DNA of 38,710 nt from a virus (IMGVR_UViG_3300025803_000029:1-38710), one strand, 5' to 3'; numbered from the stretch's first letter, positions 1 through 9,242 are shown. The notes: generated by a model from the sequence alone, not told the origin. Numbers and translations are program-made.

Positions 1-21
1 TGTTAATTTTGTAATAGCCAT
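1..21 (-). CDS. 5' fragment (MAITKLT...) of a tail/receptor-binding module running off the left end, probably the start of the C1q-like gene at the right end
   Basis: ATG at 21 preceded by AAGGAG and overlapping the TAA of the upstream mini-ORF; MAITK leader shared with 37695..38231. Confidence 0.6.
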
Positions 22-107
22 TAGTTAATCTCCTTTAAGCTTTCCTTTGTAAAATTCTTAACTGAAACGAAGTGAAAGTTAAGCGATTGTATTTTTGTTA
101 TTGCCAT
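21..107 (-). CDS. 28-aa mini-ORF MAITKIQSLNFHFVSVKNFTKESLKEIN (truncated tail-cassette leader)
   Basis: Translated by hand; first 23 nt are identical to the start of 37695..38231; TAATG-coupled to the next gene. Confidence 0.5.
   Translation of the reverse strand: MAITKIQSLNFHFVSVKNFTKESLKEIN
57..83 (+). repeat. Inverted repeat CTTAACT-GAA-AC-GAA-GT-GAA-AGTTAAG
   Basis: 7-bp outer stem, symmetric GAA internal loop and C-GAA-G triloop, read directly. Confidence 0.6.
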
Positions 108-108
108 C

Positions 109-936
109 TTATGTATCTCCTAATCTTGTAAATGTAATTTGTGTTTCTGCTTGAGTTGAATTACCTCTTAATGTGGTCGTTCCTCCACCAACAGCATAAG
201 AATAAAGACCTAGTTTGTGCGTTGTTGTGTCTGTTACATCAAAAATAAAATTTGAAACTCCAGTTATTAATTGATTAGAAGGACAATATTGATAAGCTGC
301 TGTTCTTTGATTATAAGTTGAATTATCCGTTGTTGTCCAAATTTTTAAAGCTACGTCTTGTCCTGTAGTTGTTGTTATATCGTATATAACAGTTATTTGA
401 TAAATTCCTGTAGATGGAAAAGTAAAATATCCAGAACTATAACTCATTCCTGTTCCAATAAAACCAGATGTTGTAACAGATGATTGAACTAAATTAGCGG
501 TATTGAGTAAAACATTAGATCCAGATATTGTTACATCAGCATTTAATATCCAAAAATCAGACATTGTAATTCCAGCAGAAATAGTTGAAAAACTATTATC
601 TCCTCTTAGAAATGTTGTGCTGTCTTTTGTACCAGTAGCTGATAGCTGAGATAAACCAACAGAACCATTTGGAGGATTTACTGTTTGAACAGCTTTACCT
701 AAAAACACACAGTACATATCATCTGATGCAGATGTAGCACTTGTTAAATTTAAATTTGTACCACTAGCAGTATATGCAGTTGTAGGTTCTTGTCTTACAA
801 AGTTTATAAATAATGCAATTTCATTTTCGTTAGCTACAGGATTATCTAATGTGTAAGATGTAGTCGCACTTGTAGTGAAGTCTTGCTTAGCAAAACTTGT
901 GTAACTTAATGCTGGTTGGTTTCCTATAAAAGGCAT
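109..936 (-). CDS. Tail fibre / receptor-binding protein
   Basis: MPFIGNQP N-terminal module, LSATGTKDSTTFLRGDN linker, beta-rich C-terminus (FTFPSTGIY); lies in tail module. Confidence 0.7.
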   Translation of the reverse strand: MPFIGNQPALSYTSFAKQDFTTSATTSYTLDNPVANENEIALFINFVRQEPTTAYTASGTNLNLTSATSASDDMYCVFLGKAVQTVNPPNGSVGLSQLSATGTKDSTTFLRGDNSFSTISAGITMSDFWILNADVTISGSNVLLNTANLVQSSVTTSGFIGTGMSYSSGYFTFPSTGIYQITVIYDITTTTGQDVALKIWTTTDNSTYNQRTAAYQYCPSNQLITGVSNFIFDVTDTTTHKLGLYSYAVGGGTTTLRGNSTQAETQITFTRLGDT

Positions 937-945
937 TTATTTCTC

Positions 946-1272
946 CTATGAACTAATTGCATCTACTGTTGATACCCAAACGTCTAATGATGAAGCTGTA
1001 TCTGATATTACTTTTAAAACATCACCAGATTGAACTACAAACTTAGCTCCACCATCTAATACTTGTAATGATGAACCACTTGGTATTGGTGCATCTTTAA
1101 CAAGATAGATGTCATTTGCACCATCATTGATATATACAGATGCTACAACAGCTGATGTTGTTACATTTGAAACTGATATACCTACAACAGTATCATAACT
1201 GTCTGCTGTAAATAAAGTTGCAGCAGATGTCCCTACATCGTTGCTTGTGTATCTTCTAAAATTTTGTGCCAT
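946..1272 (-). CDS. Small virion/tail structural protein (paralog of 34580..34906)
   Basis: Beta-rich 108 aa with the same length and pattern as 34580..34906. Confidence 0.6.
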   Translation of the reverse strand: MAQNFRRYTSNDVGTSAATLFTADSYDTVVGISVSNVTTSAVVASVYINDGANDIYLVKDAPIPSGSSLQVLDGGAKFVVQSGDVLKVISDTASSLDVWVSTVDAISS

Positions 1273-1296
1273 TTTTATTACCTATTATTGTTGTTG

Positions 1297-3081
1297 TTAA
1301 AGAGCTATTGCCATTGCGATAGCAAATCCATTTGTTGCTGCGTTTAAATTTGTTAGATTACTTCCATCAACAGCTGGAAGTTGAGCTGATCCATTTAATT
1401 GAACTACGTTATTAGCAGAAGTTCCAACATCCTGTGTAGATGCAGTTCCTAGTCCTGTAATTTTAGTGTTTGCAATAGAATTAACTGCAAGGTTGATTGT
1501 ACCTGATGAAGTAATTGGCGAACCAGTTACTGTAAATTCTGATGAGCCTGAATCTGCAACACCTACTGAAGTTACTGTTCCAACATTAGCTGGTGTAATT
1601 TGTGTGTAAGTTATATTGCTAGATCCTATTACTGCATCGCTATCTGTAGTACATAAAAATATTTTATTGTCATTTGCTGTACCTTGATTAACTACGATCA
1701 TCTGGCCTGATAGTTCTGCAATAGTATCATGCTCAGGATCTCTTGATGCAGCACCACTTGATACTGCTAAGTATAGACCATTTTCTGTAGCATCAGTTTG
1801 ATCTTTTACTAAAACTCTATCACCAGCTACAAGAGTAACACCATCAATGCTATCTCCAGCTTCTAAGCCATTCGTTAAATTTACATTTGCTGTAGTAGCA
1901 GCTTCTGCAATAACTCTAGTTCTTAATCCAGCAACCGCCTGGTCTACATAATTTTTAGTAGCCGCATCTGATGTAGATGATGGATCACCTAAACCAGTAA
2001 CAGATCCACCAGATATAGAAACATTATTTGCATCTTGAGTTGCAATCGTTCCTAAACCTAAATTAGTTCTAGCTGTACTATCTGAAGTTAAATCTGATAA
2101 GTTATTTGCTTTAACAAGTTTAGCATCTAATTGAGTTTGTATTGCTGATGTTACACCATTTAGATAACCAAATTCTACATTTGCAACTGTACCATTATAA
2201 ATTTTAGTAGCTTCAATAGCTGCACTAGCATTAATATCTGCATTAATAATAGTACCATCTAAAATTTTTGCTGAAGTAATATTTGAATCTGCAATCTTAG
2301 CAGTTGTTACTTGGCTATCTCCAATGTGAGCTGTGTCTATACTTCCATCAACATACTGATCTGAGTCCACAGAATTAGCAGCCATTTTAGCATTAGTAAT
2401 TTGAGAATCAGCTATATGTACTGTATCTATAGATCCATCTACATATTGATCTGAATCAACTGAGTTAGCTGCCATCTTGGCATTTGTAATTTGTGAGTCT
2501 GCAATATGTTGAGTATCAATACTGCCATCTACATAATGCTCAGAATCTATACTGTCATCTGCAATCTTAGAACCATTTACAGCATCTGCACCAAGTTTGG
2601 CAGTTGTTACTGATCCATCCGCAAGAGTTGCAGTAGCAACCACACCCTCAGGTATAGAATTATTAGTTGCTGATAATGCTGCAACATAAACATTAGATAT
2701 TGCTTCGTTAGATAAGTTACCGCTATCCCAAGTTACATTTACTGTTGTGTCTGTTGAAAATGATGAGCTTGAGATTGTACCATAGATAGTACCAGGAGTA
2801 GTTGCTGTAACTTTAATTCTTCTGTTTGCATGGTAAATAGAAGTTACATCTGCACCAGCAATTGTAAAAGAAGTTGATGAAGCATAGCTTGCAGTGTAAG
2901 CACCATCGCCATCACCATATTCAATCCATTGTGCATCGTTAAACCAATCTCTAGTATTTTTCATTAATGCTCTAATAGCATTGTTTAAATTACTAGGTAG
3001 CATCCCCTCATCTACATCAATAGAATTTAATGTAGTGTTGCTTGCTTGTGTAGTTGAGTAATCTTTAATATTTGTTGGCAT
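1297..3081 (-). CDS. Long tail fibre protein
   Basis: 10/30-aa repeats (AKxAxxSVDSDQYVDGSIDT), DAATKNYVD, GDRVLVKDQT and VVQLNGSAQLPAVDGSNLT fibre motifs. Confidence 0.8.
   Translation of the reverse strand: MPTNIKDYSTTQASNTTLNSIDVDEGMLPSNLNNAIRALMKNTRDWFNDAQWIEYGDGDGAYTASYASSTSFTIAGADVTSIYHANRRIKVTATTPGTIYGTISSSSFSTDTTVNVTWDSGNLSNEAISNVYVAALSATNNSIPEGVVATATLADGSVTTAKLGADAVNGSKIADDSIDSEHYVDGSIDTQHIADSQITNAKMAANSVDSDQYVDGSIDTVHIADSQITNAKMAANSVDSDQYVDGSIDTAHIGDSQVTTAKIADSNITSAKILDGTIINADINASAAIEATKIYNGTVANVEFGYLNGVTSAIQTQLDAKLVKANNLSDLTSDSTARTNLGLGTIATQDANNVSISGGSVTGLGDPSSTSDAATKNYVDQAVAGLRTRVIAEAATTANVNLTNGLEAGDSIDGVTLVAGDRVLVKDQTDATENGLYLAVSSGAASRDPEHDTIAELSGQMIVVNQGTANDNKIFLCTTDSDAVIGSSNITYTQITPANVGTVTSVGVADSGSSEFTVTGSPITSSGTINLAVNSIANTKITGLGTASTQDVGTSANNVVQLNGSAQLPAVDGSNLTNLNAATNGFAIAMAIAL
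2250..2620 (-). repeat. Intragenic tandem repeats of about 90 bp (30 aa) in the tail fibre shaft
   Basis: HIADSQITNAKMAANSVDSDQYVDGSIDT occurs twice, with degenerate flanking copies; boundaries approximate. Confidence 0.8.
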
Positions 3082-3088
3082 ATAACTC

Positions 3089-3235
3089 CTAATTCATAAA
3101 CCAAGAAAAAGCTTTATCGCTTTCACTATTATTTTTATTAATTAAATTATTTACAGCTTCTTCCACTTGTCTTTGAAAGAACTCTTGAGTTTCAATTGAA
3201 TACCTTATGTTATCTATATCCACTTTATCACTCAT
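3089..3235 (-). CDS. 48-aa hypothetical protein, not in ORF track (MSDKVDIDNIRYSIETQEFF...)
   Basis: TAATG overlap with the upstream gene; stop overlaps the GGAG RBS of the fibre gene. Confidence 0.7.
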   Translation of the reverse strand: MSDKVDIDNIRYSIETQEFFQRQVEEAVNNLINKNNSESDKAFSWFMN

Positions 3236-4719
3236 TACCTAGAGCCTCCTTGACTAGCAGTTAAGTCTATTCCTTGAGCATGAGTCCAAATACTCTCTGC
3301 TGGTATTTTTACACTTGCTCTAAAATATCTTCCTGATTGTCTTACTGGTGCTATACCAGTTGTATTTATTGTACTTGAAGAAGAACTTGTAACTGCATCT
3401 GCAAGTTTATCTCTAGTTTTAATTACAACATTTGATGAAGCATCAACTAAGGGTCTAACTCCTGTTATGTTTGCTCTAAGGCCAGGAAATAATTCTGTTT
3501 CTTTTGTTTCTAATTCTGCTTCTAAAGCTTTTCCAGAAAATATAGCTGCCTTAAAGTTTTCATCAATTGCACCTAAGTATAACTGTCCACTTGTCCAGTA
3601 AGCACTGTCTAGTGATATATTTATATCATCTAAATTTTCTGAAATAATATCCATCAGTTCTACAGTATTAACCACCATAAACTGTTTAAATATTTGTGAA
3701 GCTTTTACATTAGCTACTGACCATTTTTGCGTTACATAATTATAAATTAATATTTTATCGCAAATACCAGTAGTGTTAGGATTATTTTTACTTGGATATA
3801 ACCATAACGCTAAAGTATTAAATGGATCTACCGCAGCTGTAATTCTATCTGTGTAAGCTTTGTTTAAATCACTATCAAAAAATCTATTAACTTTTTCTGC
3901 ACCAATCGGTAAAACCTGGTCGCCATTAATTTGAAAAAAACCATCTTCGGCATAGAAAAATATTTGTCTGTTGTCCTGGCAAACTGTTTGTCCATAAACA
4001 GCTCCTCTGTTTGGTGATATAACTGAAAATCTAAAAATTACATTACCACCGACAAAGTCCATTCTAATTATTTGATTTTGCCTAAATACATAACCAACCT
4101 CACCAGAAGTTATGGCAACAATCTGTCCACCAGAACCAGGTAAGTCTTGTGTATCACTAGATTTAACTCCAGCTTCCCAAGTTGATATGTCATTCAAACC
4201 TGACCAAGCAACTCTGTTTTTTGCATTTTCAATGTTACCAGTTACTAAAAAATCCCTAACAACACCACTTACTCTAAATTTAGATGGTACTGTACCTGAG
4301 CCACTACTTGTAACTAAGCTTTGCAAAGTTGCAAAATTAGTTGATGTACCCATTAAATAATACATTGGAGGATTAACTCCATTACTTGCAATTACATATT
4401 GGCCAAACTGAGTAAATGTAAAAAAATCTGTATCGCCACCACTAACTGTGCAGCTACCTTTAACACTTGTAAATGTACCAGATGTTAATTTGTAAATATT
4501 GTCTTTTGTACCAACAAAAGTAAATACTGTGTTTGTGTTATCTCTAAAACTACCAGCACCTTTAGCATTTTGTGTTACATTAGATGCACCACTATAAGCA
4601 ACTAAACCTTTAACTGGTTTGTAACTTGATTGTGCATGATACACATTGGTTGCTACTGTAGCACCAGGATTAAGATGATCTGGTTGATCAGGTAGCCATT
4701 CTCCAAAAGGTAATTGCAT
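3235..4719 (-). CDS. Tail nozzle / head-closure (packaged-DNA stabilization) protein, P22 gp10 / tubular-B-like
   Basis: Size, beta-propeller-like sequence (FGEWLPDQP, RVAWSGLND) and position after the adaptor. Confidence 0.7.
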   Translation of the reverse strand: MQLPFGEWLPDQPDHLNPGATVATNVYHAQSSYKPVKGLVAYSGASNVTQNAKGAGSFRDNTNTVFTFVGTKDNIYKLTSGTFTSVKGSCTVSGGDTDFFTFTQFGQYVIASNGVNPPMYYLMGTSTNFATLQSLVTSSGSGTVPSKFRVSGVVRDFLVTGNIENAKNRVAWSGLNDISTWEAGVKSSDTQDLPGSGGQIVAITSGEVGYVFRQNQIIRMDFVGGNVIFRFSVISPNRGAVYGQTVCQDNRQIFFYAEDGFFQINGDQVLPIGAEKVNRFFDSDLNKAYTDRITAAVDPFNTLALWLYPSKNNPNTTGICDKILIYNYVTQKWSVANVKASQIFKQFMVVNTVELMDIISENLDDINISLDSAYWTSGQLYLGAIDENFKAAIFSGKALEAELETKETELFPGLRANITGVRPLVDASSNVVIKTRDKLADAVTSSSSSTINTTGIAPVRQSGRYFRASVKIPAESIWTHAQGIDLTASQGGSR

Positions 4720-4721
4720 AA

Positions 4722-5396
4722 TTAAGCCGAATTAGTTGTTGATGTATAATTTTCTTTAAATGGTGAAGCGATTGTATCTTCACTTCTTATTTGTAGAGGT
4801 GATCCACTAAATTGATCTTCCCTATCATTTAATTCTAGTCGTTCAAGAGCTGTAGCGTACATCTGTTGCCAAGTTTGAACTTGTTGCGGATTGTAGCCAC
4901 CTAAAAAATTAGCAGCATGAAATAATGAGCCATATAAATATATAGCTGGGTGATCTGTTAAAATAAAATTTGTAGCATTAGTTGATGATAGTGCATCAAA
5001 CTTTTTATAATAATTTAAGTAACCTGAGTAACTACTATCAGGCTTTGGTGTAAATCTAAATGTATCACCTAAAATTGTATAAGCTTGTGGTATGCCGGTA
5101 ACAGAAGTACCTTTTACTTGATCCATTTGTGATGGAGTCATGTAACGTAAAGGATATTTCGTACTACCACTTAAAATGTAAAAATCTCTTACTTGTAAAA
5201 AGCCTGTAGGTATAGACTCAGTTTCACTATCAATTGTAATAGTGCTTTGAGCTATCATTTTTCTAACTCTTAACTTAGAGTTAAAATCAGCTTCTGTTAA
5301 AACTATAAAATCATCTGCTATCTCATCAGTTAAATCTGATCTGTTTAACCAGTTAGCTATAGATGCTTTAAGTGTTGTGTAGTTAGTTAATGCCAT
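4722..5396 (-). CDS. Head-to-tail adaptor (tail tubular protein A-like)
   Basis: NYTTLKASIANWLNRSDL and HPAIYLYGSL motifs typical of podovirus adaptors; synteny. Confidence 0.7.
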   Translation of the reverse strand: MALTNYTTLKASIANWLNRSDLTDEIADDFIVLTEADFNSKLRVRKMIAQSTITIDSETESIPTGFLQVRDFYILSGSTKYPLRYMTPSQMDQVKGTSVTGIPQAYTILGDTFRFTPKPDSSYSGYLNYYKKFDALSSTNATNFILTDHPAIYLYGSLFHAANFLGGYNPQQVQTWQQMYATALERLELNDREDQFSGSPLQIRSEDTIASPFKENYTSTTNSA

Positions 5397-5731
5397 TAAA
5401 AATTACCTGGTGCAGTTCTAAAATATCTATAATCAGAACTATTTAATTTTTCTTTTAAAATTTTAGTTTGAACATCTTTTGGTAAAGCAAACCAATTACC
5501 TTTGTTTTGATCACCATTATATTCTTTTGCCCAAATCTCTAAAATGATTGTAGGAATAGAAGCTATTCTTTTTAATCCTTTATCAGGTGAGTAACCATCA
5601 TTTTGATTATATAATTTTTTATTGTGTTCTAAAATTGGTTTATGATCAATTTTTCTTTCCTGGACAACACCCTTTTCTGTTCCATAAAAAGTTTCTGTAA
5701 CTAAACCATTTTTTTCAACAATCTTACTCAT
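5396..5731 (-). CDS. Hypothetical phage protein
   Basis: ORF track; coupled to neighbours; RIASIP motif. Confidence 0.7.
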   Translation of the reverse strand: MSKIVEKNGLVTETFYGTEKGVVQERKIDHKPILEHNKKLYNQNDGYSPDKGLKRIASIPTIILEIWAKEYNGDQNKGNWFALPKDVQTKILKEKLNSSDYRYFRTAPGNF

Positions 5732-5859
5732 CGGCCACCACCTTTATATCTAGTTTGTTTCTTTTGCCTTTTCTCCGATTTGGATTGAGATTTTTTGTGC
5801 TTTCCTAATTTAGGAGGCTTATCTCTTGGAACGAAATGAACAAATTTTTGTTTTGCCAC
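5728..5859 (-). CDS. 43-aa Lys-rich peptide with GTG start (…KHKKSQSKSEKRQKKQTRYKGGGR)
   Basis: Hand translation; TAGTG and ATGA overlaps at both ends. Confidence 0.65.
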   Translation of the reverse strand: MAKQKFVHFVPRDKPPKLGKHKKSQSKSEKRQKKQTRYKGGGR

Positions 5860-6128
5860 TAGCTTAATTCAGAAATAGAAACATTTGCTGAACCTATAGC
5901 TGCAACTTTTTCACCTGGATTAACCTTAAATATTTCTGGTTGATCTGCCGGTATAAAGATACTGCTAGAAGTAGCTGTAGGACTTGAACCGAACAAAATA
6001 TGACAATCTGCGTCTGCACATATTCTTACATATAAAGTATATGCACCAAAAGCACTTGAGGCACTTGATGTACCACTTGATGCTAACATTTGTACTGTTG
6101 TTGGTCTTAAACCATAATTAAAAGCCAT
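5859..6128 (-). CDS. Small virion protein (putative)
   Basis: ORF with AAGGAG RBS in the head module. Confidence 0.65.
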   Translation of the reverse strand: MAFNYGLRPTTVQMLASSGTSSASSAFGAYTLYVRICADADCHILFGSSPTATSSSIFIPADQPEIFKVNPGEKVAAIGSANVSISELS

Positions 6129-6140
6129 CTTATTTACTCC

Positions 6141-6248
6141 TTATTTTCTTTTCTTCATTTTAGATTTGACAATCTTTGCTTGAAGCTTTTTTGGTAAAGT
6201 TTTTTGCTTAGCAGTAAGAACTGCTTTGCCTTTCATTTTACCTTTCAT
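6141..6248 (-). CDS. 35-aa basic peptide MKGKMKGKAVLTAKQKTLPKKLQAKIVKSKMKKRK
   Basis: Hand translation; TAATG coupling. Confidence 0.65.
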   Translation of the reverse strand: MKGKMKGKAVLTAKQKTLPKKLQAKIVKSKMKKRK

Positions 6249-6355
6249 TAATATTTTCTCATTTTTACTTTTTTGCCCATTTTCTTCGCAGCTTTTTTTG
6301 CAGCAGCTTTACCTTTTTTTGTATAAGCAAATTTCTTTTTTCCCACCATTGGCAT
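6248..6355 (-). CDS. 35-aa basic peptide MPMVGKKKFAYTKKGKAAAKKAAKKMGKKVKMRKY
   Basis: Hand translation; strong TAGGAG RBS. Confidence 0.7.
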   Translation of the reverse strand: MPMVGKKKFAYTKKGKAAAKKAAKKMGKKVKMRKY

Positions 6356-6388
6356 AGTCGTTTCTCCTAAAAAATTTTTGTTGTGTAC

Positions 6389-6422
6389 TTGGGGGAAGTA
6401 CCGGCTAGGCAAGATCCCCCAA
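6389..6422 (-). promoter_or_regulatory. GC-rich stem-loop TTGGGGGA...TCCCCCAA
   Basis: Perfect 8-bp inverted repeat in an intergenic gap, with no U-tract. Confidence 0.5.
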
Positions 6423-6428
6423 ATTCTG

Positions 6429-6776
6429 TTATCTTCTAACTACAAATGTAACTAAAAGTTTTTGTGCTCCAGTTGATGCACCATCTGTAATCATTTCAAT
6501 AGTTCCATCTTCTGATACTGAGTTTGCAGCTGTAGGCTCTGATGTATCTACATCACCAGCAGCTGAACCAGATTGAGCTACAGTAATTGCTGAGCTAGTC
6601 ATAGCAGTTCCACCAATTTCAAAAGTGATAGCTGCATCAGAACCAGAAATAGCACCTTGTAGAGCAGTTATAATTTTAATAACTCTACCGCCATCTGGTA
6701 CTGCAACAAAAGTAGAAGATGCAGTTGATATATCTTCTATTTCAGCAGTTAAAAAGTAATCGTTTAAAGTTCTCAT
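6429..6776 (-). CDS. Capsid-associated / decoration protein (putative)
   Basis: Follows the major capsid gene; Ala/Ser/Thr-rich beta protein. Confidence 0.55.
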   Translation of the reverse strand: MRTLNDYFLTAEIEDISTASSTFVAVPDGGRVIKIITALQGAISGSDAAITFEIGGTAMTSSAITVAQSGSAAGDVDTSEPTAANSVSEDGTIEMITDGASTGAQKLLVTFVVRR

Positions 6777-6851
6777 GATTTATTCCTATTTATTTGCTTC
6801 GTTCCGCCATTGATTGACTTCAAAGACCAAACAAAATGTTAATGATAAGTA

Positions 6852-6869
6852 GAGGGGATTGCTCCCCTC
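6852..6869 (-). terminator. Hairpin after the major capsid gene (GAGGGGA-GCAA-TCCCCTC); partial terminator or stability element
   Basis: 7-bp stem with GNRA loop shortly after the capsid stop; weak U-tract. Confidence 0.55.
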
Positions 6870-6884
6870 CACATTAATTTAAGA

Positions 6885-7832
6885 TTATGATGTTGTTAAA
6901 TCAAATACACCACCACTTGCTTTTTCGTTTTTAGAAACAAGTGTGTATTCTGCTAACAATGCCTGTTTAGTTGCGTCACCAGTCTTAGCAAGATCCATAA
7001 GTTGGAAATCTCTTAAGAAAGCAACACCCCACATATCAGGTTGTATCACATAAGCTGATCTGCTTCTTGAGAATCTGTTAGGTACAACAGTCATTGCACC
7101 AAAGTCAGACTCATATACATCAACAGCAGCAACTAATCTTTTGTTTTCAGCTGGGTCAAATCTAGTTGATCCACCAGTAAAACCAGATAGCACTTGCTTA
7201 TTGAAAGAGCCAAGCATGATCATAGATGGATCTCCACCCTCATCCCAACACTGCTTAATTACGTCTTTAAGCTGTGCTTCAGTGAAAGCTCTTTGAGTTC
7301 CATCAGTTCTAGCGTTAGTTCCAGAAGTTGTTGGATCTGCACCAGAACCACCGCCTTTTGATGTGTTAGTTTTAATCCAAGATTCTAAACCAGCTAATCT
7401 TCTAGGTGTAGAGTCGTCACCAGTTACTGGTGCTTGGTTAGCAGTTAGCGATGTTTCCATATCTCTTTTTAGCTCTTTAGAAGCTTTAGAGATTTGGTAA
7501 GCTAACTCATTGTTTCTACCAGCTTTAGATACTGAATCTAAAGTACCAGAAACGATCACAGATTTTCTTGAAATTTGTGTTCTGTTTCCAAGTCTAGTAG
7601 TAGCAGATGGAGCAGCGAAAGAAATTTCGTCACCCTCAATCTGATAGTTGTTAGATGCAGCCGCAGCTAAAGCATCTGTTTGCCACTCATGAAAAATTGC
7701 GTTTGCGTTTGATTTCGCAATACCTGACATGAATGGAGTGTCAGTTGGAGAGATTGAATAGATAATATCTGATAAATCTTCTCTTTCACCAACTGCATCA
7801 TATGTACTGTAAGTATTTGTTACCTGAGCCAT
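6885..7832 (-). CDS. Major capsid protein (DUF5309/SU10-like)
   Basis: GEREDLSDIIYSISPTDTPF, HEWQTDAL, ELKRDME and YESDFG motifs; follows the scaffold gene. Confidence 0.9.
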   Translation of the reverse strand: MAQVTNTYSTYDAVGEREDLSDIIYSISPTDTPFMSGIAKSNANAIFHEWQTDALAAAASNNYQIEGDEISFAAPSATTRLGNRTQISRKSVIVSGTLDSVSKAGRNNELAYQISKASKELKRDMETSLTANQAPVTGDDSTPRRLAGLESWIKTNTSKGGGSGADPTTSGTNARTDGTQRAFTEAQLKDVIKQCWDEGGDPSMIMLGSFNKQVLSGFTGGSTRFDPAENKRLVAAVDVYESDFGAMTVVPNRFSRSRSAYVIQPDMWGVAFLRDFQLMDLAKTGDATKQALLAEYTLVSKNEKASGGVFDLTTS

Positions 7833-7852
7833 AATGTTCTCCTGTTGTTGAG

Positions 7853-8887
7853 TTATTTTTTGTTAATCATATCTAAGAAGATGCTAGTAGCGTCTTTAAC
7901 GCTTCCAGATTTTCTTAGTCGGCTCAACTTTTCTTTTCTAGCTTTAGAACTAATTTCAGATTTGCTTTGTTTCACTCCAGAAGTAAAAACTTTGCCAGGC
8001 TTTGTAATTTTTTTAGCAATATTTGGTTTTGCTTTTTGTAAATTACGATATTTCATGGCATCGTTCACCAACATTACTATTCTATGGTCATAAACTTGTG
8101 CTACTTCTGTGTCGTTAAACCCATAAGCATTTAAAGTTGATTTCATAGAAGTTTTAAGCTGACTTGCTTTGTCAGGATCACTAAATTCTGGCATTTTAGA
8201 TACCAATTTAGTTTGTTGATCCTTTAAAAACATATCAAACTGTCTTTTTTGCTCAGATTGGTTTTTGGCCATTGCAGAATTTATTTTTTCTTGCTTTTTT
8301 CTTAGCCTATGTTCAATCCTAGCAGCTTCTGTTGGATCTTCTTCGTACAACTTCTCTAAATCAGCAGAATTTATCTCTTGATTGAGTTGTTGTTGTGCAA
8401 CTGACAGCATCTGATTAGCTTCGTTAAGCTTTGCAGAATAGTCTTGCCTTTGCTTTTCAGACTCAGACATAAATTGTTTCTTTTCATAAGAAAGTTCTTC
8501 TGTCTTTCGTCTATAATCAGCATCTCTTGAGTAACCATTTCTCAACTCATCAAGGGTAACATCGTATTCTTGACCAGCAACTTTAACTTTGTAAAGTTGA
8601 TCTTCGGTGGAATCCTGTTTCTCTTGAGTCTCAATTTGTTCTTCGTCTTGAGATACTTCTTCGGTTGCTTCTTCTTGCGATTCAGCTTCCATGTTTTCCT
8701 GTTCCTCAGGTTGATCTTCTGTAGAAGATTCCTGTTGTGTAGGCTCAGGAGAATTTTGTTGTTCTTCTGTTTGTTGTTGTTCTGGTTTTGCCTCTTGTTT
8801 GGGGTCTAACAAACCAGTTATTGCTTTTGTTGCTTTTGTTATGTCAGTTTCAGCTTCCGCAAGCGGATTAGCATAATTGTCTGCCAT
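7853..8887 (-). CDS. Capsid scaffolding protein
   Basis: Acidic N-terminus, VKVAGQEYDVTLDELRNGYSRDADYRRKT, coiled coils; lies between portal and capsid. Confidence 0.85.
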   Translation of the reverse strand: MADNYANPLAEAETDITKATKAITGLLDPKQEAKPEQQQTEEQQNSPEPTQQESSTEDQPEEQENMEAESQEEATEEVSQDEEQIETQEKQDSTEDQLYKVKVAGQEYDVTLDELRNGYSRDADYRRKTEELSYEKKQFMSESEKQRQDYSAKLNEANQMLSVAQQQLNQEINSADLEKLYEEDPTEAARIEHRLRKKQEKINSAMAKNQSEQKRQFDMFLKDQQTKLVSKMPEFSDPDKASQLKTSMKSTLNAYGFNDTEVAQVYDHRIVMLVNDAMKYRNLQKAKPNIAKKITKPGKVFTSGVKQSKSEISSKARKEKLSRLRKSGSVKDATSIFLDMINKK

Positions 8888-8900
8888 TGTGTTCTCCTTT

Positions 8901-8942
8901 AAGTTAAGCTCCTGTTGTGCAAGGTTGGCTTATCCTAAACTT
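8901..8942 (-). promoter_or_regulatory. Multi-stem RNA structure abutting the scaffold RBS
   Basis: AAGT/ACTT, TAAGC/GCTTA and CCT/AGG stems end just before AAAGGAG. Confidence 0.45.
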
Positions 8943-8948
8943 GAGTGT

Positions 8949-9242
8949 TTAGAATTTTTGATTTTTGATTGATTTACGATAATCCTCTAACTGTTTTGTA
9001 GCTAGCTTTCCTGTATCAATCATTTCTAATAAATTTTGTTCTACTTTGCCTACTACATTGTAAGCTAACCAAAGTTTCTCTCTGGCCTCAGTTTCCTTTG
9101 CACCAGTATTAAATAAACTATCTGCGTAAAGTTTTTTTAATTTATCAAAACTTTCTTGTAATAAAGGGTTGTCAAAAAGCTGTTTAGCTTTGTTCGCCTG
9201 GCTCACTTCCTTTTGGAGCTTGCCCACCTGATCCTTGTCCAT
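8949..9242 (-). CDS. Hypothetical phage head-module protein
   Basis: ORF overlapping the portal end; typical portal-scaffold position. Confidence 0.7.
   Translation of the reverse strand: MDKDQVGKLQKEVSQANKAKQLFDNPLLQESFDKLKKLYADSLFNTGAKETEAREKLWLAYNVVGKVEQNLLEMIDTGKLATKQLEDYRKSIKNQKF

Noticed and set aside
57-83. Hammerhead ribozyme (CTGA...GAAA)
   Set aside because: Lacks the CUGANGA core and a third stem
2250-2620. CRISPR-like periodic repeats
   Set aside because: In-frame coding repeats of a tail fibre, without unique spacers
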